A stretch of 63,223 nt of DNA, counting the filler, from Olpidium bornovanus S191 (Eukaryota > Fungi > Olpidiomycota): assembly GCA_017911155.1 (NCBI GenBank). It is 28 parts of 28 records of this genome, joined end to end, with 100 filler letters (N's around TTAATTAATTAA, not from the genome) between each part and the next. Parts side by side here need not be neighbours in the genome. Positions count along the whole stretch, not along the records: positions 22,793 to 24,918 come from JAEFCI010008608.1; positions 25,019 to 26,490 come from JAEFCI010008018.1; positions 26,591 to 27,728 come from JAEFCI010008124.1; positions 27,829 to 30,374 come from JAEFCI010002837.1; positions 30,475 to 31,842 come from JAEFCI010000080.1; positions 31,943 to 34,927 come from JAEFCI010010101.1; positions 35,028 to 38,678 come from JAEFCI010006444.1; 21 more parts are not named here. One strand, 5' to 3'. A program made the position numbers and the translations under genes. Of this stretch, positions 23,401 to 36,811 are shown one piece after another. The notes under the pieces were generated by a model. That model ran no database searches. It had not been told where the DNA came from and was given only the letters and a program-made list of their open reading frames with translations. Position 1 is the first letter of the stretch; every line of letters begins with the position of its first letter.

Positions 23401-24819
23401 ATATTCAATTAACGGGTGGTGGTCTTGTCGACACCGGCGCCCAAGCGGTCTCGCAAGACTGGTTCGGATTTTCCGGATTTTCCGGGTTTTTTGAACATTT
23501 CGGCAATTTTGTCCAACTTTCCGAAGGGCTCAGCCGTATCCATAGTTTCGGCAACGTTGCCGAAAGTCCAGAAATTTTTTTCTTCCTTTTGATGAAGAGC
23601 TGCTTTCGCCTGCTGAGCAGCACGGTTTTCTTCGTCGAGTAGCTCGAGGAGACCGGCAACGTCCTGCTACAATGCGGCCCTTGCCTCAAGGGTCTCGCGG
23701 GCGCTCCGTTGGATCATGTAATCCGGGAAGTTGGAGGCGAGTTAGATCGTTGAACTCCAGCTTCACGGCGTGCTTCTGTACGGTCGCTGTCTTTCGCCTG
23801 GTTTCCCAAGCGAGTATGAGGAGATCGCTGCTTTGCATGGAGCGGAGCCGGGCAGCACTTCCACCGACTGCGAGCCGCTGCATGAATCTTAATCTTAATT
23901 ATACGAATTCCCATTAACCATTTATTTAAGGTAATAGTGCACATGTAACAAATCTTATCTAATAATACAAAAAAATATCTAGAATACACGAATTTAGCTT
24001 AATCGATATCGATATGATATTTATAAATAGCTCATTTAATTATATTAAAGTAATAATCAGTTTAATCTTATGATATTGGTATCTTTAGTTATGGAATTAA
24101 ACCATTAATAATTTAATGGTAAATGCGAGCTTTTCTCCAGGGCCGCGTGCATCCTGGTTGTAAGGAATCGAACGCAGCAGCCGGACGGATATTGGGAGGG
24201 CTTTTTCCCGAGCAGCAAAAAACGCTTGTCGACCTGGCAGAACATGTGCGTTTGTGGTTGGGGAGGGGGGTGTGTTTGGAGCGAGGAAAGGGTGCAAACG
24301 ATGAAGAGTCCGGTGAACCGACGCCTTCTGTGGTTGACTCCTTTTTTCTGTATTGTATAGTGCGTGACACTTAAAGCCAGATACCTTCTGAGGCCATCGT
24401 AGCCACGTATCTGCATCGACCATAGCTGCTTTAAAGCTAAAAACACTCTATAAAGTTGATGTTTAGACGTCAGCTAACATCCTAATAGAAGCGGATTCCT
24501 GGTATCTTTTTTTTGGCCGAGTTATCAGCGGTCAAAAAAACGTCCATTTTTTTAAATTTGTATGACGGAGCGGAAATTTGGCCGCTGTGCAGAACTGTGC
24601 AAAACGTCGGTCTACTACGTCAACAACGGGGGGGGGGTGGGGCGCTGGAGCAATTCCCAAGCTGGAGAAATTTGTAAGGTGTCCATCTTCGGTTTGCACT
24701 GCTTGCCGCCTGCGCGGGACGCAGGTTACGCACGCCGGCAACGCAGCCGGTGAGACTTCCGCGTGTTACGCCCGCCAGGACAGTAACGCTAACCCTAACC
24801 CTAAGTGACCCTTTCCCCT

Positions 24820-24918
<99 letters not shown>

Positions 24919-25018
24919 NNNNNNNNNNNNNNNNNNNNNNNNNNNNNNNNNNNNNNNNNNNNTTAATTAATTAANNNNNNNNNNNNNNNNNNNNNNNNNN
25001 NNNNNNNNNNNNNNNNNN

Positions 25019-26388
25019 CATGCTGCCGATGATGTGGAGATTTACTTCATCGTACGCAAGTTAGAAAACGGTAAGGCAAAGTTGGGACGAAACGCAATTA
25101 CTTCTTGTGCCCAATTCTGGAGGTACTTGTACAATATTATCACATATGGGATGTGAGCGTGCAAGTGGTCGTCCATCTTGTCGAACTCGCCAAAGCTCTC
25201 AGCCGCCTCCCGAAGCGCCGGGAAAGGTGCGTCCAACCGGAGGTCAAGGGTGTGCTCCGGATGGGTTTCCACAACTAACCCACAGCAAAGAAGTGAGTTC
25301 GTAGCCTGCGACTCCAAGTAAATCCAGCCGGCACGCATTGAGGTCCAACACTCACTGCAGTGCTCTGGTACCACAATCCTCAGATATCCCATGAAACCGC
25401 ACACGCGAACAACGAACAGCGGTATTTGCATGGCCCAGAGTATATTCCCGAGCTCGAGCAGGTCCGCTTCCGGCAGGTCGGTGACGATAACGACGTTGAA
25501 ATCGAGAAAAAACTCCGGATGCTCGCGAATGATCTCTGACGCGTCCTGCGCGAGAAACGGAACGAACGAGTGACGCGCCGTCCACGGTAACACAACCCCT
25601 GTCCGACATTTCTAGCATGCGAGAGATTATACCTTGACGAGAAAAGATCCCTGCACTGATTCGTTGAGCTCATTCAGCAGTTCTTTCGTTCTCTTTGCAC
25701 GGGGTTCGGCGACCGCGTCCACAAAAAAATTGTTCCCCGTATCCGTCGGGCCCACAAGGTTCTTGTCCACTATCGTAAACGAACCGATCCCTGAAGACCA
25801 AAAGCGAAACAGAGCTCCACCGTAAACATCCCAATCGGACACCACTTTTTCACGCGCCAAGGGGGTTGCGGTGACGTGCCTGGCAAAACGAGGTTCTTCA
25901 GGACTTCGGTACCTGTGGCCGTGCCGTTGACGAGGCACACGCGGGCGCTTTCCAGCGCGGCCTGGCCATTGGCAGCCCACAACCTGCGAGAGAGAAAGCA
26001 TGGCCACGACTTAGTGGCTAACCCTCGTTCGCGACCGAAGAAAGCGAGGTTCGGAGGATACTCTCGGTGCGTCATACCGCAGCTGCCTGTCGTACTTCTG
26101 CGTCTTCTCGTCTCTACTCTCGCGGCAAGCGAGTGGAGCCGGCAAGGGGCGTGACAGTCCGCAGGAAAAAAAAAGGCGCTCGTTGAGTCGACGAGCACTT
26201 TCGCGCTGGAGACGATCTGCGGCGTTTCGTTCTACGCACATCATCATCATCGCGCCGGGCTCTGCGGTGTCCGTTTTCTGGCGTTTAAAGGGGTGCGTCC
26301 CCGGGATCGCGCACGTGCCCGGAGAGGTGGTCCTGCTGTGCCTTCGGTCGGCTGTTGCGTTCAGTTCGAGGCTGGCGGACGTCATCAC
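25019..26388 (-). CDS. ULA1: NEDD8-activating enzyme E1 regulatory subunit (NAE1/APPBP1/ULA1), N-terminal part, spliced
   Basis: KYDRQLR|[34 protein letters not shown]|[20 protein letters not shown], then [15 protein letters not shown] and [10 protein letters not shown]. Confidence 0.93.
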
Positions 26389-26590
26389 CTTCCCGTTGAC
26401 GAGGTAGGTCGCGCTTCTCCGGGGAAAGGGAGGGGGCGGAGGTGAGGCGGGGGGAGGGGGGGGGGGGGGCGGGGGGGGGGCGCGCGGGCCNNNNNNNNNN
26501 NNNNNNNNNNNNNNNNNNNNNNNNNNNNNNNNNNTTAATTAATTAANNNNNNNNNNNNNNNNNNNNNNNNNNNNNNNNNNNNNNNNNNNN

Positions 26591-26960
26591 CATGGTCAGA
26601 TGGTCCTTTACCTGGATGGTCTAAACCACAATGTCCGGACTGCCATCGCCGCCATTCCAGGCAACATTACCTTGCTCCTGACCTGCCAGGATGCTGCCTT
26701 GAAATTTGAAGCGGTTACGCGCACCTCACGCCCATCGTCCCAAACCGTTCGGTCTGAAACTGAGCGTCCTGACAAGAGTTCTTCTCACCCTCAACGTCCA
26801 AACCACAGGCCCGAGCGCAAATTCTCCCATCAACGTGATCGAGCAAACCACGGCCGACCAAATGCCCATCAATCTCAGAAACGTACCCCGCATTTTCCTT
26901 GCAAGTTCTGCGGTCAAATTGGACATTTTCCGTGAGACTGTCCGCTGATACCCGCCGACT
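26591..26960 (+). mobile_element. Retrotransposon Gag remnant with a CCHC knuckle broken by a stop codon
   Basis: LYLDGLNHNVRTAI...CKFCGQIGHFP*DCP, i.e. CX2CX4HX4C with TGA at 26933-26935. Confidence 0.75.
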
Positions 26961-27608
26961 TGCAAGCGAAGGCAAACGAACGAATCGCGAATGGGCACCG
27001 CCACCAACCACAACATCAGGTCGGGTGTAGTGTCCGATTGTAGTGCCCGCCTCGACTGGCACGTGACCTGTACGTATATAGCCACCAGTCAGCCCTCGGG
27101 CATACCCGAATAGATTTCGACTTCGACGTCCCACTACAAAGTGGGGAATCCGAGGAAGAACCATCCTTCGACCAGCTCCTTCGCTCTACAGTCCCGCCGC
27201 GCCGGCGCTCCGCCGCCGACGCGCCGCCTTCCGCCGCGCCATCCGAGGAAAAACTCCCTTCGACCGCTCTCCCAACGCTCTCAACACCCCTTCGACCACT
27301 CTTTTCGACTAACGAAAACCGCGTCGTCGTACCTCGCGTTCGACGCGCGCGCCTTTGCTTTCTGCACCGCTACGGTTGGCTGTTTTTTTGCAGAACTTTT
27401 TCTGCGTCGCTCCGCCATCGTTTTGCCGCAGCACTCGTTTTCGCGCTTGCGTTCGTTTGTTTTCGTCGCCGAAACGACGACCGTTTTGCGTCGTCTCCGA
27501 AACCGTTTCGTCGACTCATCTTTGTCGACTTGCCGCTTTCCTGTCGCTTTTCGCTGCTCGGCCCCCGCTGCGCCGCACCCGCCGCGCCGGCTGCACCGCC
27601 CCCGCCGC

Positions 27609-27728
27609 GCCGCTCCGCCGCGCTGTCACCACGCCGCTCCGCCGCGCTGTCACCACGCCGCTCCGCCGCGCTGTCACCACGCCGCTCCGCCGCGCTGTCA
27701 CCACGCCGCTCCGCCGCGCTGTCACCAC
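27609..27728 (+). repeat. Perfect 24-bp minisatellite (GCCGCTCCGCCGCGCTGTCACCAC) x5, running into the contig end
   Basis: Seen directly; the true array may be longer or collapsed. Confidence 0.95.
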
Positions 27729-27828
27729 NNNNNNNNNNNNNNNNNNNNNNNNNNNNNNNNNNNNNNNNNNNNTTAATTAATTAANNNNNNNNNNNNNNNN
27801 NNNNNNNNNNNNNNNNNNNNNNNNNNNN

Positions 27829-27867
<39 letters not shown>

Positions 27868-27969
27868 ATAAAGCAGAAAAAAAAAACCAAATAAAAAATA
27901 AAAAAGAAAAAATCAAAACCAAAAAACAACTCCCCCCCACTCCCGAGGGCTCGACGCGCGGCACACACG

Positions 27970-28013
<44 letters not shown>

Positions 28014-28035
28014 GGGCCCCACCCCCCGCTCACCT

Positions 28036-30374
28036 GACCGGCGCGGAAAAAGACTTTGGTCAACCCGACCTGGTACTTGTCCTCGACGGTGATAACGTTT
28101 TCCAGGATGGTCTGGCAGAGGGCCTTCGGGTCGGACGTCCACTGGCCGCTGCGGACGAGGAGGTAGTACCGGTCGACGAATTCCTCGAAAGTCCACCGCG
28201 AGGGGTAGCCGGCGCAGGAGATGCGGATGGTCTCGAGGACCCCGCAAGCCCTCAGCTGGTTCAGGACCATGGGCGCGTCGAAGCCCCACGGCTCCTTCTC
28301 CTCGTTGGGCTTGATGCAGCGGATGTAGTGCACGTTCGTGCTGTTGATGGTGTCCATCAGGGAGATCAGGGACGCCTTGAACACCGAGCCCAGCGTCGGT
28401 TTCTTCGACAGGCTCCGCCCGCTGTTTTGTCCGACGGCCCGAGCCTGTGAGGTGGACGGGGAAGGCTGTGTGCCATATATATATATATGTATGCATGTGT
28501 ATGTATATATATATATATATATGTAAAAGGGCCAGAAAAAAATTACGCGGCAGGAACGGGCACGCGTTTGATCAGCCGTCTCGGTTTTGGAACAGCACGG
28601 TGCAAATGCTAAAGAATCTCGCGCACAGCGACAGAGAGAGGTAGAGAGTGGATAGGGGGGGGGTGGGTGAGGGGGAGGGGGGTGTGGGGTGGTGTGTGGC
28701 TGATTTTTTCCGGAAGAAAACGTTTTTTTTTTCTCTCACCGGGTCCTCGTCCTTTTTGAGCACTTCCCTCACGAACTGGAAATCGCTCTCCTGCAGCACC
28801 GCCAGCAGCTCGTCGGGAACCGTGTCCTTGTTCTTCTCGATGAACCCCTCCGTCTCGTAGGTGACCTCGCAGGCGTAGTGGTGGACGGTGAAGGCGGAGT
28901 TGGAGAACCGCGGCTTGGAGAAGACCTGGCCGTGCTCCGGGGTCCCGAACTGCTTGTAGAGCTTGTTCGCGAAGCCCAGGTCCGATCCCGACGGCAGCCG
29001 CGACTCCTCGTCGAGGAGCGCGAGGACGCCCAGCTTGCCCTCGATCATCTCGATGGTCGGCGTGTTGTCGCTGTAGTTTATGAACGTCCACTGGATCTGC
29101 TCCTTGACGTAGAGCTGCTGCTCCAGGTTGAAGACGTGCTCCGCGAACTTTTTTTTTTTTTTTTTTGGCCGCGTTAGACGATTCACCCCCTCCCCCCCCC
29201 AAAAAAAAACATTTGCAGAACCTATCAACCCCGCCTGACTTCCCCCCACCCCCCCCTTCCTTTTCTAGCCGGGTCGAGGTTACCTCCAGCTGCAGCTTCT
29301 CGTTCGCGTAGTTTATGCAGAACTGTTCGAACGAATTCTTCTTAAAGTGCTCGAACCCGTAAATGTCCAGCACCCCGATGAACGAGTCGGACTCCTGCAG
29401 GCGGCCGGCGAGGCCGAGGCTGGAGTTGACGATGCCCACGAGCCAGTCGAACACGTTGGAGTACATGTACTTCGCCACGGCGTCCCGGACGGCCGTGGCG
29501 GCCGGGGGCTTGAGGTTGGACACGATCCTCTCGGAGCGCGTGGTGATCTGCCGCTTGACGAGCCACTTGCGGAACTCGGCCGCGTCGACGCCGAGGAGCC
29601 GCGCGGCGTGGCCGAACGCCTCGTCCGACTCCGGGATTGACGCGTCGCCCCCCCGGCCACCGCCGCCGCCGCCCCCGCCCCCGCCCCCGCCCCCGCCGGC
29701 GATCCGGATGTTCCCGATGTGGAGCAGCGCGGCCAGGAGCCGGAAGACCTGCCACTGCAGCTGCACGGCGATCCCGATCGTCGACAGGGCGCGCTGCGTG
29801 ATCTCGAACTCGGCCGCGTCGTCGATCCCGCTGATGTAGCACTGCTTGCCCTGGTTCAGGTAGTAGAAGTCCTCGAACGTGCCGCTGATGCCCAGCTCTT
29901 TCTTTTCCGAAGGCGGCGCCCCGGCGACCAGCTGGTAGAATATGTGATAGTTCCTCTCCGTGTCCAGCTGGAAGACCAGGCGAGAGCGCTCAAGAAGGTA
30001 CGTCCGGATTTTCGCACCGACGATGGTTTGGTTCTCGTCGAAGTTTATCTCGATGTATTTCCCGAAGCGGGAGCTTTTTGCGCGAGAACAGGGTGTGCGT
30101 GTGTGGGGATGGGGGACATAAACAAAAAAACAAAAAAAAATAGAAGAAAGAAAAAGGGGAAAAAAGAAAAAAAAATAAAGAAAAGAAAAAGAAAGAAAAA
30201 AAAAAAACAGAAAAAGAGCGGAAAAAAAAGAAAAGAAAAGAAAACAGAAAAAGAGCAGAAAAAAGAAAAGAAAAGAAAACAGAAAAAGAGCAGAAAAAAG
30301 AAAAGAAAAAAATACCCTCCTCCCCCACCTGTTGTCGTTGCGGGTCGTTTTTGCGTTTCCGAACGCCTCCATGA
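28036..30374 (-). CDS. MYO2: Class V myosin (Myo2-like) motor domain, internal fragment, spliced
   Basis: MEAFGNAKTTRNDN|SSRFGKY (switch I), LDIYGFE (switch II), [65 protein letters not shown]. Confidence 0.92.
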
Positions 30375-30682
30375 NNNNNNNNNNNNNNNNNNNNNNNNNN
30401 NNNNNNNNNNNNNNNNNNTTAATTAATTAANNNNNNNNNNNNNNNNNNNNNNNNNNNNNNNNNNNNNNNNNNNNCTTCTTGCATTATTTCGCTCGCTTGC
30501 GCCCGTCTTTTACTTTTGTCTATCGGGGTCACGTGCGGCGACCCCGTCCACTTGTTCGAAGTGTTTTGGTTTTGCCACCCCTTCTTTTTTTTCCCCACTC
30601 AAAAACCTCAACGTCGAACGCAACGCAAAACACCCCAAAACCCAACCATAGCCGATCCGCTTGTTCAAAATAAACAAAGCTG

Positions 30683-31600
30683 TCAGGCTTGTTCGAGCGT
30701 CATGAGGTCGAATGCGAAGAAATGCCTGGCGCCGCGGAAGCGTTGGCGAATCTCGTCAATTCGACCAAGGGGGGTGGCGTCCTTGATCGATTGTTTGTTT
30801 AGGTAACGGAAGTTCATGCACATGCGGAGTTTTCCGTTAGCCTTCTTAACGAACAAAACCGGCGCCCCCCACGGGGACTTGCTGTAGCGGATATGGCCGG
30901 CGTCAAGGAGCTTGGTCAGTTGGGTCTTCATCTCCGCTAACTCTGGTTCGGACATGTGGTACAAAGGAAAGGACTTCGCCTTTCCACCCGGTTCCAGTTC
31001 AATTTCGTGTTCTGCGGTGGCGGTAAGTTTGTCTACCGAAGGCAGCTTTGAGGGAATGACGACCGCGAAACGAGTGAGGAGGTCGGTATACTGTTCGCGG
31101 AGGCGGGGGTCCGTCAGGCCCTCCAGCTTGCCATTTATACGCGCGGCGAGGGGGAGGTCAGAGTTGAACGACTCGAGAGGGTTCTGTGGTTCATTCTTTG
31201 TTGAGGCGGTTTGGCGAATGGCGGCCAGCGATTTTGTCATTGCCGCGTCGCGGGGGGTCGCATAGAACCCGGTCGAGTAGGGGTGTCTGAGAAGGCGTCG
31301 AGCTTGTTTGGCCGTTATGGTGGCCAGCTTGACGCGCTCCGTGGTTATGTGTTGGTTGGTTATAGACTTGGGTCGGGAGTCTAATTTTGGAGCTGCCATT
31401 TGTGGCCGGCAGACTCCCGAGTCAAACCGGGCCGTTTTCAGCGGCGCAGCCCGCCGAGTCGGGGTCGGCAGCAGGGCGTCTGTTAAGCAGACTCTTGTCG
31501 AGAGTCTCCTTTGTCAAGCCGGGCCATTGTCGATGGCGCGGCCCGCCGAGCCGGGGTCAGCGGCAAGGCGTCTGTTGGGGTCGACTCTTGTTGAGAGTCT
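30683..31600 (-). mobile_element. Ty3/gypsy pol fragment (linker plus RT N-terminus), truncated after FDL
   Basis: HEIELEPG..PLYHMSEPELAEMKTQLTKLLDAGHIRYSKSPWGAPVLFVKKANGKLRMCMNFRYLNK..PLGRIDEI..FRGARHFFAFDL. The GYHQ and YxDD motifs are absent. Confidence 0.88.
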
Positions 31601-32009
31601 GATTTAGCATCAGGCTCCGGTGTCGGCAATTTCTTGCCCTGAGGACCGGGGCGCTCGCACGGAGCCTTTTGTTTCCCCCCCCCCCTCTCTCGTTGTAAAC
31701 AAAAACCTACCCGCGACACCCACACCAAAAATAATAAAAAAACGAAGGGACCTTCGAGCGGGCAGCGAACGTTTGGTCCGGACGCCGTGCGACCGTGACC
31801 CTCCAACGACGGAGGGTTGGCGCGCTCCTCGGGTTCGAGAACNNNNNNNNNNNNNNNNNNNNNNNNNNNNNNNNNNNNNNNNNNNNTTAATTAATTAANN
31901 NNNNNNNNNNNNNNNNNNNNNNNNNNNNNNNNNNNNNNNNNNCCAACCGCCGTCCGCACCTCCCTCTGGCGGCCGGAGAAGTGTGCGGGAGCGAGAGAGA
32001 GAGAGAGAG

Positions 32010-32070
<61 letters not shown>

Positions 32071-32077
32071 GAGAGAG

Positions 32078-32173
<96 letters not shown>

Positions 32174-32248
32174 AGAGACCAGAGACCAGAGACCAGAGAG
32201 AGAAAAATAGACAGAGAGAGACACAGGGAGAGAGGCTGAAAGAGATCC

Positions 32249-34084
<1,836 letters not shown>

Positions 34085-35027
34085 ATCTGTGCTATGATCA
34101 AAGTAATAATACACCGGTTGTAGTATATTTCGAGATCACAGTCAGTAAGTTTTCAGAATGAACTGCGCCGAATGCAGCGCACTGCGAGGCGCAGTCAATG
34201 TTTTGAGGCGGTTCGCCCGCCCGCCCCGCCCCACCACCAGGCTTGCCTTTTTTATATTGCTTGTTTTTTATTCTATCATATTTTGTTTTATTTTATTATT
34301 TTTTATTTTGGTTTTTTATTTTTTTTATTTTTAATTTTTGTTATTTTTTATTCTTTTATTTTTTTTTATTTTTTATTTTTTAATTCTTTTTTGGGCTTCA
34401 CGGAGTGAAAAAAAAATTCGACCTGAACACCAGTGCTGCTCCAACGGATAAAAATTGTCGACCCGGTGCGCCGGTCGTTGAACGTGGCGGGGAAAACGGC
34501 GCCTGAACGTGTCGCCTCAGCAGATAAACCCTTTTTTTTCCCTTTGGGGGAGGCAACGCAACAACGGGGAGGGTTCCAGATGGGCGGGGTAGGGGGGGGG
34601 GCGAGGGAAGGGATGAGGGCAACGGGAACCCCCAAAGGACGCCCTTCCCTTCCACTCTCCTATTGTCCTCGGGCCAAAAAAAAAAAAAAAAAAAAAAAAA
34701 CGGCTCGGTTGCCACGGGGAAAAAATTCCCCGTGCCTCTTTCCCTTCCGCATTGTTGCGCCCCCGATCATCATTTTCTCACTGCCACTTTACGCAGTATT
34801 TACAAACATGATTTTCGTTTCTGCTACAGCCAGGGACAATTAACAGTTTCTCTGCTGCGATAGTTGATTTCACATCAACGCCTGGCGGGCAGAATCTCCC
34901 GGAAACAAAAAAGCCTGTTGGAAAACGNNNNNNNNNNNNNNNNNNNNNNNNNNNNNNNNNNNNNNNNNNNNTTAATTAATTAANNNNNNNNNNNNNNNNN
35001 NNNNNNNNNNNNNNNNNNNNNNNNNNN

Positions 35028-35591
35028 AAAACGCACTTTATACGACTGGTTTGATCGCTGGGATACATCACCCGATATGCCAGCAACCGGCCTTTTGTGC
35101 TCAACATCTACACAACGAAGCTTCAAGCGCTTCGACTGCGCGGTCATGAGCGCAGAACAGCAGCGCGGCGACAAATGTTAGTGACGCGGCGAAGCCCCAG
35201 CAGAGCAGCTCCGAAAAATCCACTCCTGTACTTCTTTGTGATCGAAGTTCGCGGGTTTATTCAGGCTTATGCCGGAACACCGCCAGAGTTTGCCGACTTC
35301 TTTCGGTGATCCTGAAACTTGAGGGGGCTCGGTTACGGGGAAGCGCAACCTGGGACGCGAGCCTCGGCGTCTCTTCCTGGGCACGGAGGCGGCGGTGGAC
35401 GGGGGACCGATCTGAGCGTTCGCGTGTTTTGGGAAGGCTTGTTTCGCCGGGGGCGACGACGGCCGCTTCGGGCCCCTGCGGTTCTCGGCGTCCCCGGCGG
35501 CCTTTCTCTTCTTCACCGCTGAGAACCGGCCGGCGACACGGTCCGCCTGCGGGGCGCGCCCGCCCTCAGCCGCCGTCCCGTCGCTGCTCAT
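35028..35591 (-). CDS. Hypothetical protein (basic, NLS-like N-terminus), divergent from calreticulin
   Basis: ATG at 35591 opens a frame with KKRK and RKRRR clusters and a non-repetitive segment (NFDHKEVQEWIFR); no family recognised. Confidence 0.25.
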
Positions 35592-36811
35592 CCCTCCTGG
35601 GTTGGGCGAAGCGGGGCGGGAGCGGAGGAGGCGAGTAGAGTGGGGCAGGGGCGCGCGGAGAAGAAAATGTGGCTTTCGTCTTGCGGGCTTTCCGGGGCGG
35701 GGAGCCGCCGCGCGCGCGCTGTCGCGAACGCGCGTCGGTCGTGACGTGGCGCGCGTCAGCGCGGATTTAGAGAGGATTTTTTTTTTGTTTTCGTTTGGTT
35801 GTAAATTTTCGGGGGGGGTTTTTTTTTTTTTTTTTTTTTTTTTTCCTGACGTCGCCATCGCGCTCTGCGGGACGACGACGGCATAAAAATTTCGCACGCG
35901 AGAAAGAAAAACCGCGGGATGACGGCAACTCGAAATAAGAATCGCGTTTGTTTGGGGGAGGGGGAAGCGGCGGATTGCGTGTCGGAGGGCGCGCGCGTTT
36001 GGTCGCCGGTGTCGGTCGGTGATTCTAACCAGCGGAAGAGAAAGGAATGCCCGGCCAGTGTTTTCGGAGGATTCAGAGCCCGCCGCGTTGCTCACGCCGG
36101 TTTTTGTCGTGGTGCGGAGACGGCGAAGGCAAGTTTGTTCAACGGCATTCAGATCAAGCGTGCGCGGCCAACACACCGGCGCGGCGCGCGCGCGCGCGCG
36201 CGCTGCGGCGCGTCTGTCGGAAAAGCGCAAGCGGCCGCCGCGAAAACTCGTCGGCCGCATTCAGGGCCCGCTTGCGGCCGGGGAGCGTTCGTTCGTTTTG
36301 AGCCCCTCCGTTTCCCCCCATCCCCCCCCCCAAGGCGCAGATTAAAGCGATTTCGCCATTTTTTTTTCCCTTCTTTTTTTTTTTTTTTTTTTTTTTCCTT
36401 CCCCCGATCGGAGAAGCTTCGCGAAGAACCCCGGTCAACTCGCGTCTTTTTTTCGGGCTGTCGTCGGCCGGCGCGGATACGGCCGGCCCCGTCGAACAGC
36501 CGCTGGTCGGCGCCGCCGCTCGCCCCCGCCGACGCCGCGCGGTCTCCGCGTCGCGTCCGGTTTCCCCCGTCGTCGGCCGCGTCTTTCCCGACCGCCGACT
36601 GAGCGCGCGCACACCCCTCCCTCAGGCGTAAGTCGGCGCCCACGCCGGGCTTAACTGCGCGGAAAAAAAAAAAAAAAAAAAAAAAAAACCTCCCCCCCGC
36701 AGCGCACCCCCCCGCAGCAACTGTAATCCGCCGCCGACAATCTGTAACGGCGACAGCGGCGCCAAAAAACGCCCGACACGCATACGGGACGCACACGCCC
36801 GACTCCCCGGG

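Noticed and set aside
24789-24804. Telomere-like CTAACCCTAACCCTAA near a contig end
   Set aside because: Only ~2.5 units, wrong orientation for a right-hand telomere, and followed by other sequence and poly-C; at most an interstitial motif.
24750-24974. Poly-proline ORFs from C-runs (also 44146-44220, 53919-54101, 55560-55640)
   Set aside because: They are translations of poly-C/G homopolymers at or near contig ends, likely unreliable sequence.
27609-27728. CRISPR interpretation of repeat arrays (27609, 41281, 56396, 60961)
   Set aside because: Eukaryotic DNA, no cas genes, and spacers are absent or low-complexity rather than unique and of constant length.
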